Positions 40,120 to 49,879 of a stretch of 64,000 nt of DNA are shown one piece after another; the stretch's first letter is position 1, and every line of letters starts with the position of its first letter. Under the pieces are notes generated by a model, which ran no database searches, was not told the DNA's origin, and saw only the letters and a list, made by a program, of their open reading frames with translations. The stretch is from Candidatus Multivoradales bacterium (GTDB taxonomy: Bacteria > Acidobacteriota > Thermoanaerobaculia > Multivoradales > JAHEKO01). The stretch is taken from contig CBDFIJ010000004.1 in assembly GCA_965248055.1 (NCBI GenBank), forward strand, positions 1,952,001 through 2,016,000, written 5' to 3'. Made by a program: the position numbers and the translations under genes.

Positions 40120-41622
40120 ATGATAGCCACTAGATTGGGCGTATTCGATAGAACTTCGCTGTTCGGCCTTGGAGGTTTAGCTCACCTAGCGTTGCTCTTG
40201 TCGATCTTCGCAGCCTTTGTTTTTTCGATTGGAGTCTTACTACAGGCGGGTTGGGACAACGGAATGCTGTGTTTCATGGCGTCAGCATGCCTATTCATAA
40301 CCGCGCTTCCGGTGTTTGCCGGAGGTGCCAAGAAGTTGTTCGAACCAATCTGGTCGGTTTTGCTCATTGTCGGAACTGGCATCACGGGGAAGGCTTTTTA
40401 TCTAATCTATGGTCCGGTGGAACGGACAGAGTTTCTGCTCCTTGGCAAGGAGCTAAAAGAGCTACTGTTCCCCATTTTGGTGATCGGAGGAGGACTACTG
40501 TTCCTTGCGGTGGGCTATCAACTGGGAGAGTTTCGCTGGCGATTGCCGACCAGATCACAACGTTTCCAAGAGCCCTGGGACCAAAGAAAATTCATCGCCG
40601 TGACCGGCGTGCTTACGGTGTTTGGCTTGTTGTTTTTTGTACTGTTCACCAAACGCCTGGATGTCGCCTTTGATTCGCTGAGCGACGTTTCGTCGAAGCG
40701 GTTCGTTGAGGTGGAGGGTTCGACCTATCGGGGGACTCACGGATATTTACGTTGGGGGGCGATGCTTCTGGAGACCGCGTTCTATCTGGTGCTCGGATAT
40801 TGGGCCACCCTTCGGCGTCGGCTGTTCTCGGTGACAGGGTTTTTCGTTGTTGCTCTAGGGGCGATGGCCGCCCTTTTCCCTATTTTTGTCAGTAGTCGAC
40901 AATCGTTGATGTTTGTGGTGATTCGAGCCCTCTTGATCTGGCTTTGTATCTGCGGTGAACCCAAGCCCCGTGCGGTCCTTGCGCTGACGCTTTCGGGATT
41001 ATTTGTAATCGGTTCGATGCTCGCTTTTCGTCGTGGATTGTCGGACTGGGAGGACGTTCGCAGTCATGTGGGAGTTAGTGGATTGCTGGAAGTAACCGTT
41101 GGCGGTCGGCATTTTCTCGATCTATCAAAGACCGCCCACGTCATTTCTGCGGTACCGGAGAGGGTGGACTACCAGTACGGTCGAACTATGTTGACTTGGT
41201 TGGCCGCTCCGATTCCTCGTGCTGTTTGGCCCAGCAAGCCGGCCGTTGGCGCTGGCATCGAGCTCGGTCCAGAGATATTTCAAACGCCAAGTGGAACCGG
41301 TGTTCCTCCGGGCATGATCGGGGAGCTCTACTTAAACTTCGGCTTTCCCGGGGTCTTGATCGGACTGTTGGCTGCTGGGCTTCTTCTGCGCTCGTTGTAC
41401 GAGACTTTCATTGTTCACTTTCCTGCTCCCAGTTTTGTGCTTATCTATGCTGTTGTCATGTCTCGATTGTCGCTTGCAGCACTGGCCAATTCTTTTTCTG
41501 GCAGTATGATCAAGCTACTGATGGAGTCGATCCCGTTAGTGGTCGCCGTCTATTTGTGCGCAAACACGAAGCGAATCGATAAGAGCGTTACGAAATGCGC
41601 GCCAGCAACAATTTCTCCGTGA
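40120..41622 (+). CDS. Putative Wzy polysaccharide polymerase
   Basis: About 11-12 TM helices, PIPRAVWPSKP and GELYLNFG motifs typical of O-unit polymerases. Confidence 0.75.
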   Translation: MIATRLGVFDRTSLFGLGGLAHLALLLSIFAAFVFSIGVLLQAGWDNGMLCFMASACLFITALPVFAGGAKKLFEPIWSVLLIVGTGITGKAFYLIYGPVERTEFLLLGKELKELLFPILVIGGGLLFLAVGYQLGEFRWRLPTRSQRFQEPWDQRKFIAVTGVLTVFGLLFFVLFTKRLDVAFDSLSDVSSKRFVEVEGSTYRGTHGYLRWGAMLLETAFYLVLGYWATLRRRLFSVTGFFVVALGAMAALFPIFVSSRQSLMFVVIRALLIWLCICGEPKPRAVLALTLSGLFVIGSMLAFRRGLSDWEDVRSHVGVSGLLEVTVGGRHFLDLSKTAHVISAVPERVDYQYGRTMLTWLAAPIPRAVWPSKPAVGAGIELGPEIFQTPSGTGVPPGMIGELYLNFGFPGVLIGLLAAGLLLRSLYETFIVHFPAPSFVLIYAVVMSRLSLAALANSFSGSMIKLLMESIPLVVAVYLCANTKRIDKSVTKCAPATISP

Positions 41623-42983
41623 TGCTCCGAACCTTAGTGAGAGGGATTTTCTTGCTGGCGTTCGTGTCGTGTCGACCCCCTTTGTCGCCAGACCATATTA
41701 TTTTGGTGACGATTGACACGTTGCGAGCGGATCACCTAGGAAGTTACGGCTACCCCCGCAATGTCTCGCCGTTTCTTGACCAATTGGCGGCAGAGGGCGT
41801 CCGATTCAACAAAGCTGTTTCGTCCAGCTCGCATACGGCTCCATCTCATGCTTCACTTTTCACCTCGCAATACCCAGCAACTCATGGCGTGATTGCCAAC
41901 GGCACTCAGCTGAACGCAGAAATCCCCACTATTGCGTCGATGTTCCAATCAGCTGGCTTCCAAACAGCGGCAGTTATAGGTGCTCGCTTCTTGAGCCAGG
42001 TTACGCCAGGGTTTGAAGAAGTGCATCACAAGCGGCCAAAGCCGAGCGGCTATTGGCCAGCGGATCGTGTGGTCGACAAAGCAATCGTCTGGTTGACTGG
42101 TAGAGACAAGGAGAAGCCATTCTTTCTATGGGTTCATCTGTACGACGTTCATAGCTCACGTGGCGAACAAGGTGGTCCACCGTATGAGTACCTGTCGAAA
42201 TTAAAAAAGGAGTTCCAGCAAGATCCAATACCGATTCAGGCAGCGTGGAAACAGCATGGGCTTTCGGACGACGTAATTGGTAGTCCTCGGCAATTACATC
42301 ACTATGATGCACAGCTCGCGTATGTCGACACCGAGCTTGAGCGGCTCTATCGTTTTGTCGAGACCCACGAAAGTGATTCAGAGGTACTCTGGGCGATCAC
42401 TGCGGATCATGGTGAAGGGCTAGGAAATCATGGCTTTCTGGGCCACGGAAGGTACTTATATCAGGAACAACTCAGAGTGCCTTTGATTCTCCACGCACCG
42501 AAGTCTTGGGAAGCTGGGTTGATTGTTCCCGAGTTGGTACGACACGTCGACCTGATGCCAACTCTGGCCGAGCTGACGGGGATCGCGGTTGATCAGAAGA
42601 AGCTCGCGATCGAAGGTAGATCGCTACTTCCGCTACTAGACCCGAGCAACCCTGGGGTTGCGCCCGCTTATGCCTATTCGCAACGCCGCCCTCCAACCGA
42701 GGGGCGATTACAAGCCGGGTGGTCTCCGGGATTGATGATCAGCGCACAAAGTGATGACTATAAGTACATCTTGAGGACTGACGGCGACGATGAGTTCTAC
42801 GACTTGTCCAAAGATCCGATCGAATTGGAAAACATGATCGAAACCGATTTGGCAGAAAAACAACGCATGGCCGAGTGGTTGGCGCGCAAATATGAAGAGA
42901 TGAGTACGAACTCATTGGGTGACAGGGAGACGGGAGTTCAGGAGGAGTTCGTCGAAGAGCTCAGGGCTCTCGGGTATCTATAG
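41622..42983 (+). CDS. Sulfatase-like lipoprotein
   Basis: Lipobox-like FVSC, IDTLRADHL, HTAPSHASLFT, ADHGE, YDLSKDPIE, LRALGYL. Confidence 0.85.
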   Translation: MLRTLVRGIFLLAFVSCRPPLSPDHIILVTIDTLRADHLGSYGYPRNVSPFLDQLAAEGVRFNKAVSSSSHTAPSHASLFTSQYPATHGVIANGTQLNAEIPTIASMFQSAGFQTAAVIGARFLSQVTPGFEEVHHKRPKPSGYWPADRVVDKAIVWLTGRDKEKPFFLWVHLYDVHSSRGEQGGPPYEYLSKLKKEFQQDPIPIQAAWKQHGLSDDVIGSPRQLHHYDAQLAYVDTELERLYRFVETHESDSEVLWAITADHGEGLGNHGFLGHGRYLYQEQLRVPLILHAPKSWEAGLIVPELVRHVDLMPTLAELTGIAVDQKKLAIEGRSLLPLLDPSNPGVAPAYAYSQRRPPTEGRLQAGWSPGLMISAQSDDYKYILRTDGDDEFYDLSKDPIELENMIETDLAEKQRMAEWLARKYEEMSTNSLGDRETGVQEEFVEELRALGYL

Positions 42984-44201
42984 TGGCCTTTCGATATCCG
43001 ACATCGTTTTCAAATCCGTAGCGGCAACAATTTGCTGAGCTGCTCGCTCAGGAGAAAAAAAACTCCTTAATAGCTTTCGACCGTTGCTCGCCAAAGAGTG
43101 ACGCAGGCCCTGATCTGCGATCATTTGTCGCGCTAGAGATAGAAGCTTGTGGTCGTCGCCGTTGACGCAAACTAACGCTGCAGCGTTTTTCTCTAGAATT
43201 CCATTGAGTTCGTTGCCGGGGTTCATCGCCGCGAGAATCGGTTTACCAAGCAACAGGTAGTCAAACATCTTTCCAGGAAAGTTGTGACCTTTCAAACGGG
43301 GGCTCAGGGACATCAAACCAACGTCGACTTCTGAAAGCAACCCTAGATAGGTTGCTTGATCGACAGCGGCGAGAAATTGGATGTTTCTGATTCCTCGTTC
43401 CCGCGCGGTCTGCTGGAGCACGTCAAGCTCACTACCAGAGCCGACGAACAAGAAACAAGCTCGTGGGTCGTCCTGGAGAGTTTCTGCCAGTCGAACGAAA
43501 CACATGGCGCCCTGCGCTACCCCGAGATTGCCGCCATAGAAGAAAACCACACGGCCTTCCAGGCCGAGCTTGCTCCGCATTTGAGTTTTGGAATTCTGCT
43601 GACCCCGCGAGCGTGCCCAGTTGTAGAGAACTTCGACCTGTACATCAACACTGTGCCCTCGCTGATCGAAATAACCCAAGTTTCCTCGTGACTCGACGCC
43701 AATGACATCGACCGCTCGATAGAGTCGATTCTCGTAGTGGGTAAAGAAACCGTGTGCCAATCCGCCATTTCGCATCAAGCCGGCTTCCACACACCATTGT
43801 GGGAAGATATCTCGTAAAATTAGGTAGCTGGGACAGTTCCATAGGGATTTCAATCGGGCGACCAGGCGACCAAAAAAAATTGTCGGTGCATAGCTGACGA
43901 TCAAGTCACATGGATTTTCGATCAAGAAATCCCTGGCAGCTCCCCAGATTGTGTAAGAGAGGCGCCACTCGTAATAAGCCCGCAGCGGGCGGGGAGTATT
44001 ACGAAATTGACCAGAACGAACCCGTACGACGGTAATTCCATCTTCCTCGGTGACCGTACGACGGCTAGTCAACGAGGCATCTGGGGCCAGCAGTACGATC
44101 TGGTGTCCTTGGTCGCGAAAGACGAGTGCTAGATCATGCATGATCCGGGCGCAGGACTGGATGTTCGGATAATAATTCTGAACCAGGAGGAAAATACGCA
44201 T
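42978..44201 (-). CDS. GT4 glycosyltransferase (WbuB-like)
   Basis: LRDIFPQ, YGGNLGVAQG, FPGKMFDYL motifs. Confidence 0.88.
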   Translation of the reverse strand: MRIFLLVQNYYPNIQSCARIMHDLALVFRDQGHQIVLLAPDASLTSRRTVTEEDGITVVRVRSGQFRNTPRPLRAYYEWRLSYTIWGAARDFLIENPCDLIVSYAPTIFFGRLVARLKSLWNCPSYLILRDIFPQWCVEAGLMRNGGLAHGFFTHYENRLYRAVDVIGVESRGNLGYFDQRGHSVDVQVEVLYNWARSRGQQNSKTQMRSKLGLEGRVVFFYGGNLGVAQGAMCFVRLAETLQDDPRACFLFVGSGSELDVLQQTARERGIRNIQFLAAVDQATYLGLLSEVDVGLMSLSPRLKGHNFPGKMFDYLLLGKPILAAMNPGNELNGILEKNAAALVCVNGDDHKLLSLARQMIADQGLRHSLASNGRKLLRSFFSPERAAQQIVAATDLKTMSDIERPL

Positions 44202-44221
44202 TCAACCAAAAACCAAATGGT

Positions 44222-45055
44222 TCAAGGCGTTGGGTAGTTGTATCGATCGACCCAACTTCGGTCTTTCTCGTACTGCAGGTGAACCAGAGCATCTCCTGCC
44301 AGGTGATCGAAGATCTCCGCTGCTTCGCGCGAAAAATGGTTCTTCCAGTCACCGACCACGCCCTTACGGATGTGCTGAGAAAGATCGGATTTCCCTGGTT
44401 TACGCCCGGTTTGGCGTTGCATTGACATCTTTTCAACGGTCGTCTCGATGCGCCACGGATCGGGTTCCTGGTCGAGGAGCCGGCCCAGTACCCGGCTCAA
44501 GGTGCCGGCACAGTCTTGGCGTAATTGCTCGTAGCTCAGATAGGCGATATCGGGCCGCCCTGGCTGTACCCAATCGATGACGTGGTCTCGCCAATGCAGT
44601 GGCGTTCCGCGGCCGGGATTTTCGAATTCGAACTCGATGAACCGCGGCAGGTGGGTAACCACATCTTGCGGGTCGTAGTTGCGGCCGAACAGGCGTTCGT
44701 AAGTGCGGTTCAAGTGGGCACTGGCGGGCCGTTGAGCGTAGCGAGCGACTCGAATTCTGTCGAAATAAAACGACGTCATAACATCACGGCCATCGCGGTA
44801 GATATAGAAAACCCTTTTGAGACGCGGCTGGTAACGCCAGTGATTTTGAATCACCGAAGAGAAAGTGATTGGCAGTACGGAATACCTGGGAAACGGCAGT
44901 ACCAGATAGTCGCTGACCATTTGAGCCAACCAAGTTCCACCTGACTTCGGATGCTCGGCGACGTAGTAGAAAGGAAAAGACTCGCCCCAGCGGGCGCCGA
45001 TCAACCGGGTTGATTCTTTGGCGAGTTTTTCGGCAATTCGCCTGGGATTGGGCAT
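44222..45055 (-). CDS. Sulfotransferase
   Basis: PAPS loop PKSGGTW, YRDGRDVMTS, RKGVVGDWKNHF. Confidence 0.9.
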   Translation of the reverse strand: MPNPRRIAEKLAKESTRLIGARWGESFPFYYVAEHPKSGGTWLAQMVSDYLVLPFPRYSVLPITFSSVIQNHWRYQPRLKRVFYIYRDGRDVMTSFYFDRIRVARYAQRPASAHLNRTYERLFGRNYDPQDVVTHLPRFIEFEFENPGRGTPLHWRDHVIDWVQPGRPDIAYLSYEQLRQDCAGTLSRVLGRLLDQEPDPWRIETTVEKMSMQRQTGRKPGKSDLSQHIRKGVVGDWKNHFSREAAEIFDHLAGDALVHLQYEKDRSWVDRYNYPTP

Positions 45056-45111
45056 AGTTGATAGGGGTCTTTGGTAGTCAGTCCGAGTCGCCGAAATATA
45101 CTACCGTGGTA

Positions 45112-45987
45112 ATGGACCCGAACAATGTCGCAGAAGCTCTCACATCCTTACCTCAGCGCCCAATAGCGATCATTACCCACAAGCGCTCGGGTACTCACCT
45201 AACAATGGATGTCATGCGTCGGCAGTTCGAAGAATGTGACTCTTGGAAGTGGTGGGGGGAAAACCACAGCCGGCTTTATCTTTCCCTGCAGGCTCTATAC
45301 GACCCCAAATCGCTCACCCCGATAAGTGAAGAAAAGGCGATACGGGTACTGCAGCGGTGCCAGTGTCCTCTGGTCAAGACCCATGACAAGCCGTCTGACG
45401 TACCTCTGGGGCGGACAACCACCCGTGGCGCCCTCGGTGAACACTGGCTGCAGTGGCTCAATCATTCAGTCAGGAAGCTCTATGTTTACCGCGACGGTCG
45501 CGATGTAATGTGTTCGCTTCGGTTGTTGGCGACTAAGCGAGACCGCAGCGCGTGGAAGCCAATCTCCCAATTCATCCGCGAGGAAGTCGAAAACGGAATG
45601 TCCCGAGCTGCGTATTGGGCGTGGCACGTTGAGAGCGGTTTGAGTCAGCCGGACTTTGCCCCTCTCAAGTTCGAAAGCTTGGTTCGTGACACCCGGGCCA
45701 GCCTGGACTATTTGGCACAGCGCTTCAATCTGACAGCGCGACACCAAGATCCGTTGTTGCCCAAAAAAATCCACTCCGTATGGCAGTCTAGGTGGTCGCG
45801 ATTGCTTGAGCGAAGGCCACAGAGTAGTGCGATTCTCGGTCGTCCTAAAGAGATCAAACTAGACAAGTGGCAAGAGGTATTCAGCCCAGAAGATAGGGCG
45901 TTTTTCCATCGCGAAGCCGGGCAGGTTTTGCTTGACTTAGGCTACGAAGAATCTGATTCCTGGGTCGAGGGTAGTTCCCAGGAGTAG
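45112..45987 (+). CDS. Sulfotransferase
   Basis: HKRSGTH, KTH, YRDGRDVMCS. Confidence 0.85.
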   Translation: MDPNNVAEALTSLPQRPIAIITHKRSGTHLTMDVMRRQFEECDSWKWWGENHSRLYLSLQALYDPKSLTPISEEKAIRVLQRCQCPLVKTHDKPSDVPLGRTTTRGALGEHWLQWLNHSVRKLYVYRDGRDVMCSLRLLATKRDRSAWKPISQFIREEVENGMSRAAYWAWHVESGLSQPDFAPLKFESLVRDTRASLDYLAQRFNLTARHQDPLLPKKIHSVWQSRWSRLLERRPQSSAILGRPKEIKLDKWQEVFSPEDRAFFHREAGQVLLDLGYEESDSWVEGSSQE

Positions 45988-46835
45988 CCCAGGCGCAGCA
46001 ATGGCGGCTCAAGGATTGGCCGTATCATTTCCAGGTTACGGTCGGTCAAAAGTTGACGCCAGACATTGGTACGAGTCGGGTCAGCGTCGTTGACCACGCT
46101 CTGTTTGAAATCCTCATCGGGAGACAGATCAGCGAAACGTTGCAGTTTGTCGGCCCATATTTGTGGTTGCGAAACTAAGTCTTGGTACTCGACCTCTAGC
46201 CACTGTTGTTGCGGAACCAATGGTCGAAAGTTGAGGACCGGTTCCAACGTATATCGCCACTGTTTGGCGAGAACGACGATCTTGGGGTCATGAGCCACCC
46301 AGCTTTTCCAGCCCTGAGGTCGTGGGCCCCAGTAGGCCATCTCGCGCCCCAAGAGCCGGTGTCCGAGAGTGTTCCAAGCTCGGGGGATGAACGAAGGCCA
46401 CTCCCAGAGAGGGGTCCCTAGAAGCCTCCGCAAGTACCACTCGCGATCAGGGGCTCTGGTCTTAGCGACGATATGAGTCGAACTCAACACTGCACGACCG
46501 TCTCGATGAATGTGAACAAATCGAGCGTCTGGAAAGATGGCAAAGATAAACGGTAACCGAAGACAATTGCTGGGTGTTTTTTCCACCAACTGATTCTTGC
46601 CGTGCTTTTCCAAGAACCGAGCAACTTGCCCTCTTATCCGCGCCTTGATCTGCGGGGTCGCGTCGGCCTCGGCTAGGCAATCATCTGGGCGGAAGTTGTT
46701 TCCCCTTGACCAAACGTGTCGAGGCTCCTCCCAGTAGGCGACTTCGGAATGTTGGCTCAGAGCCCTACCCAAGAAAGTAGTTCCTGAGCGATGAGTTCCG
46801 ATTACAAACAGCGGTGGTTTGGAAGCGGGGGCCAT
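45942..46835 (-). CDS. Sulfotransferase
   Basis: GTHRSGTTFL, EKTPSN, HRDGRAVLSS. Confidence 0.9.
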   Translation of the reverse strand: MAPASKPPLFVIGTHRSGTTFLGRALSQHSEVAYWEEPRHVWSRGNNFRPDDCLAEADATPQIKARIRGQVARFLEKHGKNQLVEKTPSNCLRLPFIFAIFPDARFVHIHRDGRAVLSSTHIVAKTRAPDREWYLRRLLGTPLWEWPSFIPRAWNTLGHRLLGREMAYWGPRPQGWKSWVAHDPKIVVLAKQWRYTLEPVLNFRPLVPQQQWLEVEYQDLVSQPQIWADKLQRFADLSPDEDFKQSVVNDADPTRTNVWRQLLTDRNLEMIRPILEPPLLRLGYSWELPSTQESDSS

Positions 46836-47264
46836 CGTAGGACGTTGTTAGGAGCAGGAGTCCGAGGAGAAGAGAATTGAGTACTAAGAAGTCTTTTGAT
46901 CTGCGGTAGGTTGTGACCGCAGAGCATCCTAGCAGCCCCTCCATCTTCTCTTTCAGATGAAGATTGTCCATCATTTTATCTACCTGAACGTGGCAGGAGG
47001 GGCGTACTATTCGCACGACGGCGACCGGCGAAAAAGCGCAGGCAAGGGAGTGGCTTCCGAAGGGTACGGTCGAAGTGGTTCCAGTAGCGGTGGACCTATC
47101 GTCTTATCGGCACCGGCATATTCGAGCCAAGCGCAGGGTGGTACCGGTCAGAGCGTGCGGTTCTAGAGTGGCTCGATCCCGACAATATGGCTCAATACGA
47201 GCAGATGTATCGGTGTGCAATGAACGCATAAGCAGGGTAGTAGTGCTGCGCCCAGAAAGGATTC

Positions 47265-48875
47265 TCATCGGACCAATTTTGTTGCTGCGCTACGCAGAAG
47301 CTGGACAATTCGTTGTCGCTCGGTGGGTTCTGACAACACGCTTAGGGCTAGCAGGAAGAACAGTGAAACCGAGATGGCCAGTAGCACGATCAAGCGTAGG
47401 ACGGTTAGATCGACGAAGTACGGTCGAACCAGCCACATCGCAATCAAGAACAAAAAGCCGGCTAAGAGTGGCCTTGGCAGAGACTCCCGAAGAACAACAC
47501 GAATCGAGAGATCCGTGACGTTCTTGAGCGCGCGCAGAACGACCCCAGGAGAAAAAAGCACATGCGAGACAAAGATAGCGAGGGTTGCTAGGACCGGGTT
47601 GCCAAACCAAGCTATCGAACCGATCGCCAAACCCAAGCAAAGTAGCGTAGCCCACTTCGAAAACCAGGAGTACGATCGAACTTCGCCCATACCGTACAAA
47701 ATACGTTCGACACCGAAGAAACCGGCACGAAGCGTCCGCACGGCAAGAAGAATCAAGACCATCAAGGTTGCTAGGTTGAGCGCTTCAGCTACCGAAATCC
47801 CAGCGATTGTCAGGCTAGGGTCATTGGCGAAACGAGAGCCAACCCAGAGCTCCAAAAGGGGGTGAGCGTAGACCCCAAGGAGGATCGCGGTGGGGATGCT
47901 GACTGCGAATTGATATCGAATGCTGCGGGTGATCAAAGCTTTGACCACGGTCATCTTCCCTTCTTTTTGCAGGTGAGCGGTCATCGGTGCAATTCCGCGC
48001 AAAATACCGTCAGCGACCATGCGCGCGAAGCCGGAGAACTGGACCACAACTTGCCAGATCGAATTGTAAGTCAGCCCGAAGAAGAGGTTGATTAGTACAG
48101 CAACGAACTGAGTATTCAAGTTGAGTAGCAACGAGATATGAGAGGTGTGCCAGATCGTGTGGCGGACAGCTTCGTACTCGGCTCTGTCGAAAGCTGCCAT
48201 GTCTAGTTTGAGTCCGGGGATACGTCGCTTAGCCCACCAAATACCGAGTCCCACATCCGCAAGCTGCAGGGTCGCCCGGGAAACAGCGAAACCTACGAGT
48301 TGGCGTGAAAGAGGCTCTTCGCGAAACAGCCAGCCAAACACGATGACTGCGGAGAGCGCATAGGTAAGCCGTGCGCCAACAGTGAGAAGGTTGTCGAGCC
48401 CAACCTGCTGCGCAGCGAACAAAGACTGCAAGAAAGGTGCACTGAGTATTCGGACAACTGCGTGAAACCCCTCCGACAGAACCAGAATGGCGAGCACCCA
48501 CTTTAGCTCTGGTTGATTGTCTGGAGTATTGAAAACTCCCGCTGCAGCCAAGCTAGCCAGAAGTGCGGTTAACCCCACCAAACCGATTGCGGTTTGGCGG
48601 CAAAGGTAGAACGTTGAAGCTATATTGATACGCAGTGCACCAGGGTCTTTTGACGCGATAGCACCAGCTAGCTCTCTAACTAAGCCGATGCGGATCGTCC
48701 TCTCAAGAGCCCGGGAAGGACTGGTGCTGGAGACCGACAAGGCGATCATGCCAAAACCAATCGTGCCCACTGCTCCCAAGATGTACCAAGTTGAGAAGAT
48801 CCCGATTGCGAACCCGGTTCCCAGCCTCAGATAGGTTGTTACTGCATTGCTAAGAAGCCGGGTCGATAGGCGCAT
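47265..48875 (-). CDS. Putative Wzx flippase (MOP superfamily)
   Basis: About 12-14 TM helices; N-terminal pattern typical of polysaccharide flippases; gene context. Confidence 0.75.
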   Translation of the reverse strand: MRLSTRLLSNAVTTYLRLGTGFAIGIFSTWYILGAVGTIGFGMIALSVSSTSPSRALERTIRIGLVRELAGAIASKDPGALRINIASTFYLCRQTAIGLVGLTALLASLAAAGVFNTPDNQPELKWVLAILVLSEGFHAVVRILSAPFLQSLFAAQQVGLDNLLTVGARLTYALSAVIVFGWLFREEPLSRQLVGFAVSRATLQLADVGLGIWWAKRRIPGLKLDMAAFDRAEYEAVRHTIWHTSHISLLLNLNTQFVAVLINLFFGLTYNSIWQVVVQFSGFARMVADGILRGIAPMTAHLQKEGKMTVVKALITRSIRYQFAVSIPTAILLGVYAHPLLELWVGSRFANDPSLTIAGISVAEALNLATLMVLILLAVRTLRAGFFGVERILYGMGEVRSYSWFSKWATLLCLGLAIGSIAWFGNPVLATLAIFVSHVLFSPGVVLRALKNVTDLSIRVVLRESLPRPLLAGFLFLIAMWLVRPYFVDLTVLRLIVLLAISVSLFFLLALSVLSEPTERQRIVQLLRSAATKLVR

Positions 48876-48914
48876 CAACAGCTATCATAAACGTCGAGCC
48901 TGGCTTTCTTGGAT

Positions 48915-49844
48915 ATGAGCGCTGATCAAAGAGTACCCGCAACGCAGCCCTCGTCGCGATTCCCCGATTTCTTGATCGTGGGAGCGATGAAGAGCGGAAC
49001 CACTTCGCTCTTTTTCGATCTGCTAACTCACCCAGGGATTTTCTTGCCAGACGACAAAGAACCCCACAGCTTGGCGGATGATGAAGTCCTAAGCCCGCAA
49101 GGCAGAGAAAAATACACGCAGTTATTTGCTTCCGCAAATGCCGCTCAAATTTGCGGAGAAGCTTCGACCGGATATACCAAACGACCCGATATTCAGAATG
49201 TTCCGGAACGGGCACAGGAAATCTGTGGCCCAAGTTTGAAGGTGATTTATCAAGTGAGGGAACCGGTCGCGCGCTTGATTAGTCATCACTACCATGAGTT
49301 TACTGCGGGCAAAGTGGGCCGAAATATCAACCAAGTGGTAAGAGAGCACCCAGAGTTCATCAACTACAGTCGCTACGCGCATCAGATCCATCCTTGGTTG
49401 CAAACGTTCGGATCAGAGCAAGTGAAAGTAGTTCGATTCGAAGACTATGTCGCAGATCGGAGCGGTGCCGTGAGTGAACTAGTAGCTTTTCTCGGAGTGG
49501 ACAGTGGTGAACTGGACTCGAACTTACTGGCGGAGGTCTATAATCGCAGTGAGGGCAAGCCAGCTCCGCGAGGTCGAATGTGGAGAGTCACGCGGAGGTC
49601 CTGGTATCGACGTTGGGTTCGCCCGCTGCTTTCGACTAAGATGCGACGTCGGCTAACTGGCTATTTACTGCCTGCGGCGCCGGATCGTCCTGAACCACCC
49701 TCGCATAATACGGTCGCATGGATCTTGGACCAGTTGGCAGAAGACAATAGATTGTTGCAACAGATAATGGGACTCTCGAGTCCGGTTTGGGATGATGATG
49801 CGGTTTTGCGAGCGTATGAAACGAACGAAAAACCAGATGCCTAG
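48915..49844 (+). CDS. Sulfotransferase
   Basis: PDFLIVGAMKSGTTSL, KEPH, GEASTGY, REPVARLISHY. Confidence 0.9.
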   Translation: MSADQRVPATQPSSRFPDFLIVGAMKSGTTSLFFDLLTHPGIFLPDDKEPHSLADDEVLSPQGREKYTQLFASANAAQICGEASTGYTKRPDIQNVPERAQEICGPSLKVIYQVREPVARLISHHYHEFTAGKVGRNINQVVREHPEFINYSRYAHQIHPWLQTFGSEQVKVVRFEDYVADRSGAVSELVAFLGVDSGELDSNLLAEVYNRSEGKPAPRGRMWRVTRRSWYRRWVRPLLSTKMRRRLTGYLLPAAPDRPEPPSHNTVAWILDQLAEDNRLLQQIMGLSSPVWDDDAVLRAYETNEKPDA

Positions 49845-49879
49845 TCAACCACTAGAGTTTGGTCAAAAGAGGAGAATCC

